From the NCBI GenBank assembly GCA_039801565.1, contig JBDRUX010000005.1, positions 1-47,777 of the forward strand: a stretch of 47,777 bases of DNA. Reading direction: 5' to 3'. The translations under genes and the position numbers were made by a program. This stretch comes from a candidate division WOR-3 bacterium. Its GTDB lineage: Bacteria > Hydrothermota > Tepidihabitantia > Tepidihabitantales > JAOUPE01. Positions 1 to 9,909 of the stretch are shown here, in pieces. The notes under the pieces were generated by a model. The model was not told the origin of the DNA. It saw nothing but the letters and a program-made list of their open reading frames with translations, and did no database searches. How positions within the stretch are numbered: the stretch's first letter is position 1; the number at the start of each line of letters is the position of its first letter.

Positions 1-39
1 TTGCATCTTTTCACCTCTTTTGTAATTTGCTAATGACAT
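1..39 (-). CDS. 5' end of a divergent gene truncated by the window edge (MSLANYKRGEKMQ...)
   Basis: Minus-strand GAGG then ATG at 39, second in-frame ATG at 6; upstream TTGACC(124-129)-N16-TATAAT(102-107). Confidence 0.5.
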   Translation of the reverse strand, partial: MSLANYKRGEKMQ

Positions 40-166
40 TTATCCTCATAAACTTTCTCTTCAAGCGACCAATTGCGTATAACATTTTGCGGTTTTTCAA
101 TATTATAATCACTGAAACCACTTGGTCAATAGTTTTTGCAAAAATGTGAGTTTTAAAATATTTTTG

Positions 167-194
167 TTGACAATTTAAATTTTTTAATTAAAAT
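167..194 (+). promoter_or_regulatory. sigma70-type promoter of tetR-RND operon
   Basis: TTGACA(167-172)-N16-TAAAAT(189-194). Confidence 0.7.
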
Positions 195-210
195 GACTGA
201 CTGGTCAGTC
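195..210. promoter_or_regulatory. Putative TetR operator
   Basis: GACTGAC-TG-GTCAGTC, perfect 7-bp inverted arms between the -10 box and the tetR ATG. Confidence 0.75.
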
Positions 211-212
211 TA

Positions 213-794
213 ATGAAAGGCGAAAAGGAAGCAAAGATATTAAAAGCGGCGGAAAAGGTCTTTCTGAAGAAAGGCTTCTTTCCAGCCCATATTGATGATA
301 TTGCCCAAGAAGCCGGTATCGCCAAGGGTACCGTCTATCTCTATTTTCGTGATAAGGCAAGTATCTATATTGCCCTGCTTGATAAATATTTAAGCGAAGC
401 GATTGCATTATTGGAAGAAATTAGAAAAGAAAAGTCTAATGTCATAAAGAAATTGGAGCGAATACTTGAGCAAGGGACAATACTGTTTTCGCATATGAAA
501 GGGATGTTTCCTTTGGTTTCCATTGAAAATATCAATCTTACTGCCGAAATAATGAAAGATATAAAAGTTAAGATACAACCTAAAATGAGACGAATCATTG
601 ACTCTTTGGCAGAAATCATTCGCGAAGGTGTTAAGAACCAAGAACTAAAGAAGATGGATGCCAAATTGGGTGCTTTGGTCCTTTTTAATATGATTCGGGT
701 GAGTTTTTGGGCTTCAGTTTATATCCCGAAACTTAAAGAACAACATAAGAAGATAAAAGAAATCTTCTTTTATGGGATTAGACCGAACCAATAG
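213..794 (+). CDS. TetR/AcrR family transcriptional regulator
   Basis: HTH motif IDDIAQEAGIAKGTVYLYF; heads the efflux operon. Confidence 0.95.
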   Translation: MKGEKEAKILKAAEKVFLKKGFFPAHIDDIAQEAGIAKGTVYLYFRDKASIYIALLDKYLSEAIALLEEIRKEKSNVIKKLERILEQGTILFSHMKGMFPLVSIENINLTAEIMKDIKVKIQPKMRRIIDSLAEIIREGVKNQELKKMDAKLGALVLFNMIRVSFWASVYIPKLKEQHKKIKEIFFYGIRPNQ

Positions 795-812
795 TCGTAA
801 GGAGTTATAATT

Positions 813-2189
813 ATGAAAAACAAAACTTCAATCGCCATTTTTATTGTTCTGTTCATAATCGCTTTAGCCGATGCACAAGTGGATACGCTGCGGTTGGATG
901 TTGATTTAGCAGTGGAACTTGCCCTTAAGAATAATAATGCCATCCAATTAGCTAAGGCAAAACTGAAAGAAGCGGCGGCAAATAAAAATGCAGCATTCAG
1001 TTCATTTCTGCCCCAAATCTCCGCCACCGGCACCTATTATCGAACCGGAACGATTAATCAATTGCACTTTCCTAAATACGGTGCGATTCCATTCCCGGTC
1101 ATCGGAATGACTGGGGATACCATCGGTTATACTGCTCCCATTCCAACCATTGTTGGTGAAACAACATTTGGTCTGGGTTCAGCAAATAACTATATTTTAA
1201 GGGGTACGGTTCAGCAAACTCTGTTCACCTGGGGAAGACTGGTCAATGCCTATCGGATCGCGGGAATGTCGTTTAATATTGAACAGGAAGCTTATCGGCA
1301 AGCCAAGGCGCAAGTTAGAATTCAGGCAATTGAAGGGTTTTATGGGGCTTTATTGGCACAAAAGATGGCAGAGTTAATGAAAGAATCTTATGACCAGTTA
1401 AAACGCCATGTTGAGCAAGTTCAAACGTTATATGATAACGGACTTGCCCGTAAACTCGATTTGATGCGCGCCAAAGTTAGTTTGACCAATGCGTCGGTGC
1501 AATTGCAGCAGATGGAGAATAATGCAAAACTGGCAAAAACCTCCTTGCGGATTGTGCTGGGCTTAACGGAAGGAGTGCCAATTCTATTAACCGGTGATTT
1601 GGAATTTATTCCTTTAACCATTGATTATAATCAGGCGCTTGCTTCGGCTTTGGCCAAAAGACCGGAGATTCTTCAATTACGCAGGACCGCCCAAATTGCC
1701 GATTTAGCAACCCGAATCGCTTTAGTTAGTAACCTTCCGATTGCTTTTGCCCAATTTAATTATGATTACAAGAGACCAATCGGCTTTGAAGATAAATGGG
1801 GAACCGATTGGAATCTGACCGCTGGTTTAACAATGCCAATCTTTACTGGATTTGCCAATTGGCATAAAATTAACCAAGCCAAGGCAAGACAAAGACAGGC
1901 AGAACTTAGTATCGCAATGCTCGAGGATGGTATCAGGTTAGAAGTGCAAGCGATAATCAATACCTTAAATCAAGAAATGGCAAATATTAAAGCCCAAGAG
2001 GCGAATGTAAAATTAGCCGAAGAGGCACTCAAACTTGCTGAAACAAGTTACGAGAATGGCTTAATAACCAATTTGGAATATATGGATACCCAGCTTGCCC
2101 TTTTGCAAGCTAAGGTATCTTATTTAAATTCTTTGGCAAATTACAAAATCGCCCAAGCCAAATTGCAAAAGGCGCTGGGTGAATTTTAG
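813..2189 (+). CDS. TolC family outer membrane efflux protein
   Basis: Signal peptide, FLPQIS motif, long helical repeats, YENGLITNLEYMD; context. Confidence 0.92.
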   Translation: MKNKTSIAIFIVLFIIALADAQVDTLRLDVDLAVELALKNNNAIQLAKAKLKEAAANKNAAFSSFLPQISATGTYYRTGTINQLHFPKYGAIPFPVIGMTGDTIGYTAPIPTIVGETTFGLGSANNYILRGTVQQTLFTWGRLVNAYRIAGMSFNIEQEAYRQAKAQVRIQAIEGFYGALLAQKMAELMKESYDQLKRHVEQVQTLYDNGLARKLDLMRAKVSLTNASVQLQQMENNAKLAKTSLRIVLGLTEGVPILLTGDLEFIPLTIDYNQALASALAKRPEILQLRRTAQIADLATRIALVSNLPIAFAQFNYDYKRPIGFEDKWGTDWNLTAGLTMPIFTGFANWHKINQAKARQRQAELSIAMLEDGIRLEVQAIINTLNQEMANIKAQEANVKLAEEALKLAETSYENGLITNLEYMDTQLALLQAKVSYLNSLANYKIAQAKLQKALGEF

Positions 2190-2360
2190 GATGCATTTAA
2201 AAATCCGACCGAAGAGCGATGAGGGACGAAAGACGCATATCGTCCTTTCATCCTTCTTCATTGATTTATTTTATAGGAGGTAATGATGCATTTAAGAATC
2301 CGACCGAAGAGTGATGAGGGACGAAAGACGCATCTATCGTCCATCGTCCTTTCATCCTTC
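2190..2360 (+). repeat. Direct duplication of the adaptor gene 5' end (2190-2256 and 2285-2360)
   Basis: gatgcatttaa(a/g)aatccgaccgaagag(c/t)gatgagggacgaaagacgcat...atcgtcctttcatccttc occurs twice. Confidence 0.9.
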
Positions 2361-3227
2361 GTTATTTGTCTTTTAATGATAATCATCGCGATTTCGAACT
2401 GCGGACCACGCGGTCCACGGGAAAGGACTAAGATGGTTCCGTCAGTGAATGTAGTAACGGTGCGCAGAAATACCGTAACCCGAACTGTGGAATTGTTAGG
2501 AACTGTGTTTGGTGACCGCCAGGCAGTCGCCTTAGCCAAAATTACTGGTAAGGTTACCGAAATCACTAAACCCGAAGGTTCTTATGTCAATGAAGGCGAT
2601 GCAATCGTCTATGTCGTGAATGATATCCCAGGTATGGATTATAAACCCGGTCCAGTGTTAGCCCCAATTTCTGGTATCGTTGGTAAAATCTATGTTGAAA
2701 TTGGTCAATCGGTCGCCCCTGGTGTCCCAATTGCGATTGTGACCAGTTATTCGGATAAGGTTAAAATCAAGGCACCGATCAGTGACCAAGATTTGACCTT
2801 CTTAAGACTCGGTGCCCGAGCCGAAGTTTCGGTAGCAACTTATCCCAATCTGATTTTTGAAGGCAGGGTTACCCAATTTTCGCCGGTGCTTGACCCGGCT
2901 TCCCGTTCGGCAACCGTTGAAGTCACTGTTCCTAATCCGAATAAGAAATTGGTGCCGGGAATGGCATGCAGTATTAGACTGACTCTTGAGGAGAAATCGG
3001 ATGTCCTGGCCGTGCCTTTAGCTGCACTCTTCACCAATGGTTTTTCCAAGGTTCTTGTGATTGATGGCACCACTGCCCATTTTCGGGAGATTAAAGTCGG
3101 TCTCGTGGGGGATGAATGGATTGAGGTAATCTCAGGTCTCGCCGAGGGTGAAAGGGTCGCAACCGTTGGCAAGGAGCGAATTCAAGAGGGCGAAACGGTT
3201 AAACCGGTCGAGGCAGGTTTACAATGA
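2283..3227 (+). CDS. RND efflux periplasmic adaptor subunit
   Basis: N-terminal TM, lipoyl halves (APISGIV), beta-barrel (LVPGM), AVPLAAL; lies between tolC and acrB. Confidence 0.92.
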   Translation: MMHLRIRPKSDEGRKTHLSSIVLSSFVICLLMIIIAISNCGPRGPRERTKMVPSVNVVTVRRNTVTRTVELLGTVFGDRQAVALAKITGKVTEITKPEGSYVNEGDAIVYVVNDIPGMDYKPGPVLAPISGIVGKIYVEIGQSVAPGVPIAIVTSYSDKVKIKAPISDQDLTFLRLGARAEVSVATYPNLIFEGRVTQFSPVLDPASRSATVEVTVPNPNKKLVPGMACSIRLTLEEKSDVLAVPLAALFTNGFSKVLVIDGTTAHFREIKVGLVGDEWIEVISGLAEGERVATVGKERIQEGETVKPVEAGLQ

Positions 3228-6200
3228 GAGTCTCGGATACTGCAATCCGGCGTCCAGTCGCTACCGCAATGGTTGTGATTGGTTTGATTGTCTTTGGGGT
3301 GATTAGTATTAATCGGATGCGGGTAGATTTATTTCCCAATGTTACTTTACCGGTAGTGGCGGTTGCGACTATTTATCCCGGGGCAGGACCCTTAGAAGTT
3401 GAATCCGAAGTGACTGAGATTATGGAGCGTCAACTTGGGACAATTCCCAATTTGCGGGAAATCACATCGCGTTCGTTTGAAGGGGTTTCGGTAATTATGC
3501 TGCAATTTGAATGGGGAACCAATCTCGATGCCGCTTCTTCAGATATTCGAGACCGGATTGATATGGCACAGGCTTTTTTACCCGATGATGCTAATAAGCC
3601 CTTTGTGGTAAAATTTGACCCTTCGATGATGCCGGTTGTCAATCTTACTCTTACCGGTAATATTGATGAGACCGAGTTGCGGGAAATTGGTGAAGAAATT
3701 CGCACCAGTCTGCAAAGGGTGGCTGGTGTTGCTTCAGTTGGGGTGGCTGGTGGAGCAAAACGGCAGGTCCAAATCACCGTTGATTTACGCCGGTTAGCCC
3801 AAGCCGGTATAACTAATGAACAATTTATTGCTGCGCTCAAAGCCCAAAATTTAAATTTTCCAGTTGGTTCGGTTTCGACTAAAGAACAGCGCTATCTTGT
3901 CCGATTGATTGGTCAATATGATGACTTAGAAGGAATTAAAAATACGACCATTGGTAATAAGGGGGGTGTACCAATTCTGGTTCGTGATGTCGCAACGGTC
4001 GCTTGGCAGCCTAAAGAGAAAAAGGCAAAAGTTCGGATGAATGGCACAAATTGTGTCTTTCTTTGGGTACAACGCCGACCCGATGCCAACACCGTCAGTG
4101 TGGCAAATGCAATAAGAAGCGAAATAGAAAAAATCAAACCAACCCTGCCCGCGGGTGTAAATTTACAAATCTTCTGGGACAGTTCTGAATCAATCAAACG
4201 GTCAGTCGGTAATGTGGCAACCAATTTGGTTCTCGGTGGTCTTTTAGCCAGTATTGTTCTCTTTCTTTTCTTGCGTCGTTTTCGCCCAACTTTATTTGTT
4301 GTCTTTGCGATTCCAATATCAATCTTCTTTGCCTTGTTTTTAATGTATATCTTTGGTTTTACCATCAATATCCTTTCGATGGCCGGTTTGGCAATCGCGG
4401 TTGGAATGGTCGTTGATAATGGTATTGTCGTATTTGAGAGTATCTTTCGGCATCGGGAGAGCGGGGAAGAACCAGCAACTGCTGCCAGTTCAGGTGTAAA
4501 TGAAGTGGCAATGGCAATTACGGCTTCAACCTTAACCACGATTGCCGTATTCTTACCTTTATTACTATTGCGTGGTTTAATTCAAGTATTCTTTCGCGAA
4601 TTGTCCTGGGCAATAATTTTTGCCCTTTCAGCATCTTTGGGTGTTGCCATTACCTTAATTCCAATGCTTGCCAGCCGTTTTCTTAAGCTGCGACCAGCCG
4701 TTAGTGAACGCGGAATCTTACGCTGGTCCGAACGATTTTATCAAGGATTAGAAAACTTCTACGCTAAGGCAATTGACTGGGCAATTCGTCATCGTAAGTT
4801 GGTTATTAGCGGAACGGTTCTTCTCTTTGTTGTTACCTTAGGCATAATTAATTTTTTAGGTAGTGAATTTATGCCGGTTCAACAGATGCGCCATTCGACA
4901 ATTTATGCGGAGATGCCAGTCGGGTCAAATCTTGAGATAACCAACCGGGCAGTTGCCGAATTAGAAAAATATATTGTAGCAAAATGGGGCGATGATATTG
5001 AAGGGCTTTCAGTTCAGGTTGGCAGTGGCGCTTCATACTTCGCGGCTATCTTTGGTGGCGCCCGTTCCAACTCGGCTGAGATTGATTTAATCTTAAAGAA
5101 AAAAGCCAAGCACACCCTTAAAGAGATTGAAAACGATATTCGCAAGAAGGCAGCAGAGATTCCAGGTTTATCAGCTCGAACTGAAGTAGCAACAATGACC
5201 TCATTTTTCGGTGGCGGTGCACCAATCCAGGTTGACATCATTGGTCACGATTTAGCGATTGCGGATTCGCTCGCCCAATTGGTGATGCAGACGATTGAGA
5301 CAATTCCGGGTGTGGTTGATGTCAAATCGAATCGGGAAAAAGGTGAGCCGGAAATCCAGTTGGTCGTGGACCGGAAAAAAGCTGCCCTTTACGGACTTTC
5401 GCCTTACCAAATCGGCAGTGCCTTACGCACCCAGATCGAAGGTAATGTAGCGACCCAATACCGAATGAAAGGCAAAGAATACGATATTCTCATCCGACTG
5501 GCGGAAAATCAGAGGGATGCAATTTCAAAGATTGTGGGCTCAACAATCAACAGTCCGTTTGGTCCGGTCTTGTTAAAAAATGTGGTGCGGATTCAGACCG
5601 GAACGAGCCCATTAGAAGTCCAGCACAAAAATACCGAACGGATTGTCAGTATCACGGCTAACGCAGTTGGTCAATCATCAGGGAGATTGGCTGGTCAGGT
5701 GAGTAGGGTGATTGGGAAAATTGTTCCACCGCCGGGCTTTGAAATTAAGGTTACCGGTTCCTATGAAGAAATGATAAAATCCTTCAAAGACATCGCCTTT
5801 GCTGTCTTTATTGCAATGCTATTAGTCTTTATGGTTATGGCAGCGCAATTTGAATCATTCCGTGACCCATTTATCATTATGTTTACGATTCCTTTGGCAA
5901 TAATTGGTGTAATCTGGGCTTTATTCATTACCGGAACAACGCTTTCGGTTATCTCAGGTATTGGCGTCTTGGTTTTAGTGGGAATTGTCGTAAATAATGG
6001 CATCGTCTATATTGACTATGTCAATCAACTAAGGCGAAAGCGCGGAATGAGTTTAGAAGAAGCGGTTAAATATGGTGGCAAGATTCGAATGCGACCAATT
6101 CTGATGACCGCACTGACAACCATCTTTGGTTTATTGCCCTTAGCATTAAAGATTGGTGAAGGTTCCGAACTCTGGTCACCCTTAGGCAGAGCGGTAATTG

Positions 6201-6301
6201 GTGGAATGATTGTCGCAACCTTTTTAACCTTGATATTTATTCCAGTACTATACACTTCATTTGAAAAGGGTGCGGAAAAGCGAAGGAAAAAAGCATTATA
6301 A
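3224..6301 (+). CDS. RND efflux permease, AcrB/AcrD/AcrF family
   Basis: IRRPVAT, GMVVDNGIVVFE and RMRPILMT motifs; 1025 aa. Confidence 0.96.
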   Translation: MRVSDTAIRRPVATAMVVIGLIVFGVISINRMRVDLFPNVTLPVVAVATIYPGAGPLEVESEVTEIMERQLGTIPNLREITSRSFEGVSVIMLQFEWGTNLDAASSDIRDRIDMAQAFLPDDANKPFVVKFDPSMMPVVNLTLTGNIDETELREIGEEIRTSLQRVAGVASVGVAGGAKRQVQITVDLRRLAQAGITNEQFIAALKAQNLNFPVGSVSTKEQRYLVRLIGQYDDLEGIKNTTIGNKGGVPILVRDVATVAWQPKEKKAKVRMNGTNCVFLWVQRRPDANTVSVANAIRSEIEKIKPTLPAGVNLQIFWDSSESIKRSVGNVATNLVLGGLLASIVLFLFLRRFRPTLFVVFAIPISIFFALFLMYIFGFTINILSMAGLAIAVGMVVDNGIVVFESIFRHRESGEEPATAASSGVNEVAMAITASTLTTIAVFLPLLLLRGLIQVFFRELSWAIIFALSASLGVAITLIPMLASRFLKLRPAVSERGILRWSERFYQGLENFYAKAIDWAIRHRKLVISGTVLLFVVTLGIINFLGSEFMPVQQMRHSTIYAEMPVGSNLEITNRAVAELEKYIVAKWGDDIEGLSVQVGSGASYFAAIFGGARSNSAEIDLILKKKAKHTLKEIENDIRKKAAEIPGLSARTEVATMTSFFGGGAPIQVDIIGHDLAIADSLAQLVMQTIETIPGVVDVKSNREKGEPEIQLVVDRKKAALYGLSPYQIGSALRTQIEGNVATQYRMKGKEYDILIRLAENQRDAISKIVGSTINSPFGPVLLKNVVRIQTGTSPLEVQHKNTERIVSITANAVGQSSGRLAGQVSRVIGKIVPPPGFEIKVTGSYEEMIKSFKDIAFAVFIAMLLVFMVMAAQFESFRDPFIIMFTIPLAIIGVIWALFITGTTLSVISGIGVLVLVGIVVNNGIVYIDYVNQLRRKRGMSLEEAVKYGGKIRMRPILMTALTTIFGLLPLALKIGEGSELWSPLGRAVIGGMIVATFLTLIFIPVLYTSFEKGAEKRRKKAL

Positions 6302-6361
6302 CTTCGTTTTGATGCCGAACCAAGTAAGTTGATAGCCCATCGCAGGCGTATGGTGGGGGAC

Positions 6362-6389
6362 TTGACTAACTGACAAAATTTGCTAAAAT
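6362..6389 (+). promoter_or_regulatory. rnf operon promoter
   Basis: TTGACT-N16-TAAAAT with extended TG; ATG only 9 nt after the -10 box. Confidence 0.6.
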
Positions 6390-6398
6390 TGACGCCGA

Positions 6399-7700
6399 AT
6401 GTTTTCTTTTCACGGTGGAATTCATCCACCAGAAAATAAGTTAACTACCAGAACCAAGCGGATTGAAAATGCACCAATTCCGCATCGAGTTTTTATTCCG
6501 TTTTCCCAACATACCGGCATCCCATCAAAACCAATCGTGAAGGTCGGTGATTTAGTTAAGGTGGGAACAAAAATTGGCGATGCCGGTGGCCGAGTTTCAG
6601 TACCAACCCATGCCACAATCTCAGGCAAAGTTACCGAAATTAAGGAATATCCCCACCCGGCACTGAAAGAGCGAACTTTGACCTGTGTTATCGAATCCGA
6701 TGGCCAAGATATTTGGGATGAACAAATTAAGCGAAGGAATATTCAAGATTTTGACCAGCAGACTTTAATCAATATCATTGCTGAAGCTGGAATCGTGGGT
6801 TTGGGTGGTGCGGCCTTCCCAACGCACATCAAATTATCACCACCAAAAGAAAAACCAATTGAGACCTTAATTGTCAATGGCTGTGAATGTGAACCATATC
6901 TTACCGCTGACCACCGACTGATGTTAGAATATTCAACCGAAATAATTGAAGGTGCTAAGCTTATCGCCAAAATTATTAATCCCAAACGAATTGTGATTGT
7001 GATTGAGGATAATAAATCAGATGCAATTGCCAAAATGCGCGAAGCGATTACTGATTTTTTAATTCCCATCACCGTATTACCAATCAAAACCCGATACCCC
7101 CAAGGTGCGGAGAAGCAGTTGATTAAAGCAGTATTGGGAGTAGAAGTCCCCTCTGGTGGTTTGCCAATGGATGTAAAGACTTTAGTGCAAAATGTCCAAA
7201 CCTGTTACGCAGTTTATGAAGCGGTAAATTTCAATAAACCCTTGGTCGAAAAGGTTATTACAGTTAGCGGTGAAGTGAAAGAACCCAAGAATCTAAAAGT
7301 GCGAATTGGTACCCCAATCATTGACTTAATCAACTTCTGTGGTGGTTATCTTACCCAACCTGCCAAGGTAATCTTAGGTGGCCCGATGATGGGACTCGCC
7401 CAATATGATGACGAACTGCCAATAATTAAAGGCACCTCAGGAATTTTGGTCTTTACTGATAGCAAAATTGAAGATGAGTCGGCTTGTATCCGATGTGGTC
7501 GTTGCATCAAAGTTTGCCCAATGAACCTTATGCCCTGTGAAATAAATAGTTTTGTCCGACTTAAAAAATTTGATAAAGCAAAAAGTTATAATGTCTTGGA
7601 TTGTATCGAATGCGGTTGTTGCGCCTATGTCTGTCCGGCTAATATTCGATTGGTCCACGCCTTTAAATTCGCCAAAAACGAAATTTGGGCAAAACAATGA
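6399..7700 (+). CDS. rnfC: Rnf electron transport complex subunit C
   Basis: FHGGIHP, GLGGAAFPT, NGCECEPYLTAD, two CxxCxxCxxxCP motifs. Confidence 0.96.
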   Translation: MFSFHGGIHPPENKLTTRTKRIENAPIPHRVFIPFSQHTGIPSKPIVKVGDLVKVGTKIGDAGGRVSVPTHATISGKVTEIKEYPHPALKERTLTCVIESDGQDIWDEQIKRRNIQDFDQQTLINIIAEAGIVGLGGAAFPTHIKLSPPKEKPIETLIVNGCECEPYLTADHRLMLEYSTEIIEGAKLIAKIINPKRIVIVIEDNKSDAIAKMREAITDFLIPITVLPIKTRYPQGAEKQLIKAVLGVEVPSGGLPMDVKTLVQNVQTCYAVYEAVNFNKPLVEKVITVSGEVKEPKNLKVRIGTPIIDLINFCGGYLTQPAKVILGGPMMGLAQYDDELPIIKGTSGILVFTDSKIEDESACIRCGRCIKVCPMNLMPCEINSFVRLKKFDKAKSYNVLDCIECGCCAYVCPANIRLVHAFKFAKNEIWAKQ

Positions 7701-8737
7701 AAAAACTCGTTGTTTCCACTTCACCGCATATTAAATCCGGAATAACCGTAAAGAAAATAATGTGGGCAGTAGTTATTGCCCTTATGCCAGCTCTGTTCGG
7801 TTCAATCTATTACTTTGGTTTAAGGTCATTATTATTGGTGGGATTAAGTGTTGTTACTGCAGTAGGTTCGGAAGCATTAGCGCAAAAGTTCTTCGGTCGG
7901 AAGATCACTATCACTGATGGTAGTGCCGTAATTACCGGGATTCTTTTAGCTTTTAATTTACCACCCGGGGTACCATTATGGATGCCGGTAGTTGGTTCAG
8001 CTTTTGCCATTATCATCGCTAAACAATTTTTTGGCGGTTTGGGTTATAATTTCGTCAATCCGGCATTAGCGGGGCGAGCCTTTTTAATGATTTCCTGGCC
8101 CTATTTTATGACGGCAAAATGGTTGGCACCCAATTCCGGCTATCTGGCTGGCTTTGATGCTACGACTCAAGCAACTCCTTTAACCTTACTTAAGAACACG
8201 CTTAATATCATTAAAGACCCCAAAACAACTGCTGAAGAGTTAGCATTTGCCCAAAAGATAATCGCGAATTTGAATTCCCTACCAGTAATCAAGAATCTCT
8301 TTTTCGGCAATGTTGGTGGCTGTCTGGGTGAAACATCGGCATTGTTATTATTAATCGGAGCAATCTTTCTTCTCGTCACCAGAGTCATTGATTATCCGAT
8401 TCCAGTGGCTTATTTGGGAACGGTCTTTTTGCTTTCCTTGGTCTTACCAACCAAGACCAATGTTTTGTTCCAAATCTTTTCGGGTGGTCTTTTTTTAGGT
8501 GCCTTCTTTATGGCAACCGATTATGTGACAAGACCGGTAACAAAACTCGGTCAATGGATTTTTGGCATTGGCTGCGGCATCTTAACGGTAATTATTCGCA
8601 TTTGGGGTGGTTATCCGGAAGGTGTATCTTACTCAATCCTTTTTATGAATCTTACGACTCCCTTGCTTGACCGTTATACGAGACCAAGGGTATTTGGAAC
8701 CAAAAAAGCGATGAGGCTTGACTGTTATGGAAAGTAA
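7697..8737 (+). CDS. rnfD: Rnf subunit D
   Basis: SPH start motif, FGGLGYNFVNPA, FMN site ATPL, FFMATDYVT; ATGA overlap with rnfC. Confidence 0.95.
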   Translation: MKKLVVSTSPHIKSGITVKKIMWAVVIALMPALFGSIYYFGLRSLLLVGLSVVTAVGSEALAQKFFGRKITITDGSAVITGILLAFNLPPGVPLWMPVVGSAFAIIIAKQFFGGLGYNFVNPALAGRAFLMISWPYFMTAKWLAPNSGYLAGFDATTQATPLTLLKNTLNIIKDPKTTAEELAFAQKIIANLNSLPVIKNLFFGNVGGCLGETSALLLLIGAIFLLVTRVIDYPIPVAYLGTVFLLSLVLPTKTNVLFQIFSGGLFLGAFFMATDYVTRPVTKLGQWIFGIGCGILTVIIRIWGGYPEGVSYSILFMNLTTPLLDRYTRPRVFGTKKAMRLDCYGK

Positions 8738-9302
8738 ATTCTATATGGTTGTCTCATTAGTAGCAATCTGTTTGATTTCGGCATTTGCCTTAGCCCAGAT
8801 TTATGCCGTGACTAAAATTAAGATTGAACAGCAAAAAGTTGCCGCAGTGCAAGGTGCTCTAACTACGGTCTTGCCGAGTGCGGTACGATTCGAAGAGAAG
8901 GTGTCCGGTCGCTTATGGTTTGGTTACAACGAAAATGGCGCTCGGGTCGGCATCGCTTTTCAAGTTAACCCAAGAGGCTACGGCGGTCCGATTGGTATTT
9001 TAGTTGGTATTGATACCACCAACAAAATCACTGGATTGCGTATCGCTTCACCAGCCGAAGGTTTGAAAGAGACACCCGGACTTGGTTTAAAAGTCCGGGA
9101 ACCTTGGTTTACCAATCAATTTATCAATAAGAAAAAGGATGAAATTAAGCTGAAAAGAGATGGCGGCACGATTGACGCAATAACCGCGGCTACTATTTCA
9201 TCGCGTGCTGTCGTTAATGGTACTCGCGAAGGTTTGGAACTTTATGAGAAATATCTAATAACCGATACGATTAACTTTAGTGGAGAGAAGACCAATGAAT
9301 GA
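8727..9302 (+). CDS. rnfG: Rnf subunit G
   Basis: GYGGPI, ETPGLG, DAITAATISS FMN-binding motif. Confidence 0.94.
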   Translation: MESKFYMVVSLVAICLISAFALAQIYAVTKIKIEQQKVAAVQGALTTVLPSAVRFEEKVSGRLWFGYNENGARVGIAFQVNPRGYGGPIGILVGIDTTNKITGLRIASPAEGLKETPGLGLKVREPWFTNQFINKKKDEIKLKRDGGTIDAITAATISSRAVVNGTREGLELYEKYLITDTINFSGEKTNE

Positions 9303-9909
9303 GAGACATTCACGCTGGCGCTATCTAACCAATGGCATCATCTTAGAAAATCCAACTCTAATCCTAATGATTGGTCTTTGTCCCACCCTTGCTACTTCGA
9401 TTACGGTCCGAGATGGTTTAGGAATGGCAGCAGCCGCTTCCTTTGTCATAATTGGCTCGAATGTCGTTGCTTCAATGTTACGTCGGTTCATCCCTAATTC
9501 AGTGCGGATTCCAATCTTCATTATCATCATCTCAACTTTTGTCACTATTATTGATTATACGATGCAGGCCTACCAGCCGGCCTTGTATCGAGTTTTGGGG
9601 GTCTTTGTGCCGTTAATTGTTGTCAACTGCATCGTCTTGGGTAGAGTGGAAGCCTTTGCTTATAAGCATAGTGTCCTCGACTCATTCCTCGATGGCTTGG
9701 GTAAATCTTTGGGTTTCACCTTAGTCTTATTTGTGATGGGAACGATTCGAGAAATTTTCGGCGCCGGCACTTTTTTCGGCAAGGCTGTCACGCCAGCTTG
9801 GTTTCGGCAATATCCGATGCTTTTAATGATTTTTCCACCTGGTGCTTTTATCCTAATCGGAATCTTAAAGGCATTGGTCAATAAGTTTATGAAAAAGGAA
9901 TCACTATAA
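9295..9909 (+). CDS. rnfE: Rnf subunit E
   Basis: GLCPTLA, PLIVVNCIVLGR, PPGAF. Confidence 0.95.
   Translation: MNERHSRWRYLTNGIILENPTLILMIGLCPTLATSITVRDGLGMAAAASFVIIGSNVVASMLRRFIPNSVRIPIFIIIISTFVTIIDYTMQAYQPALYRVLGVFVPLIVVNCIVLGRVEAFAYKHSVLDSFLDGLGKSLGFTLVLFVMGTIREIFGAGTFFGKAVTPAWFRQYPMLLMIFPPGAFILIGILKALVNKFMKKESL

Noticed and set aside
3430..6429. Antisense ORFs within acrB, and similar ones inside rnf and repeat genes
   Set aside because: Shadow frames of well-supported genes
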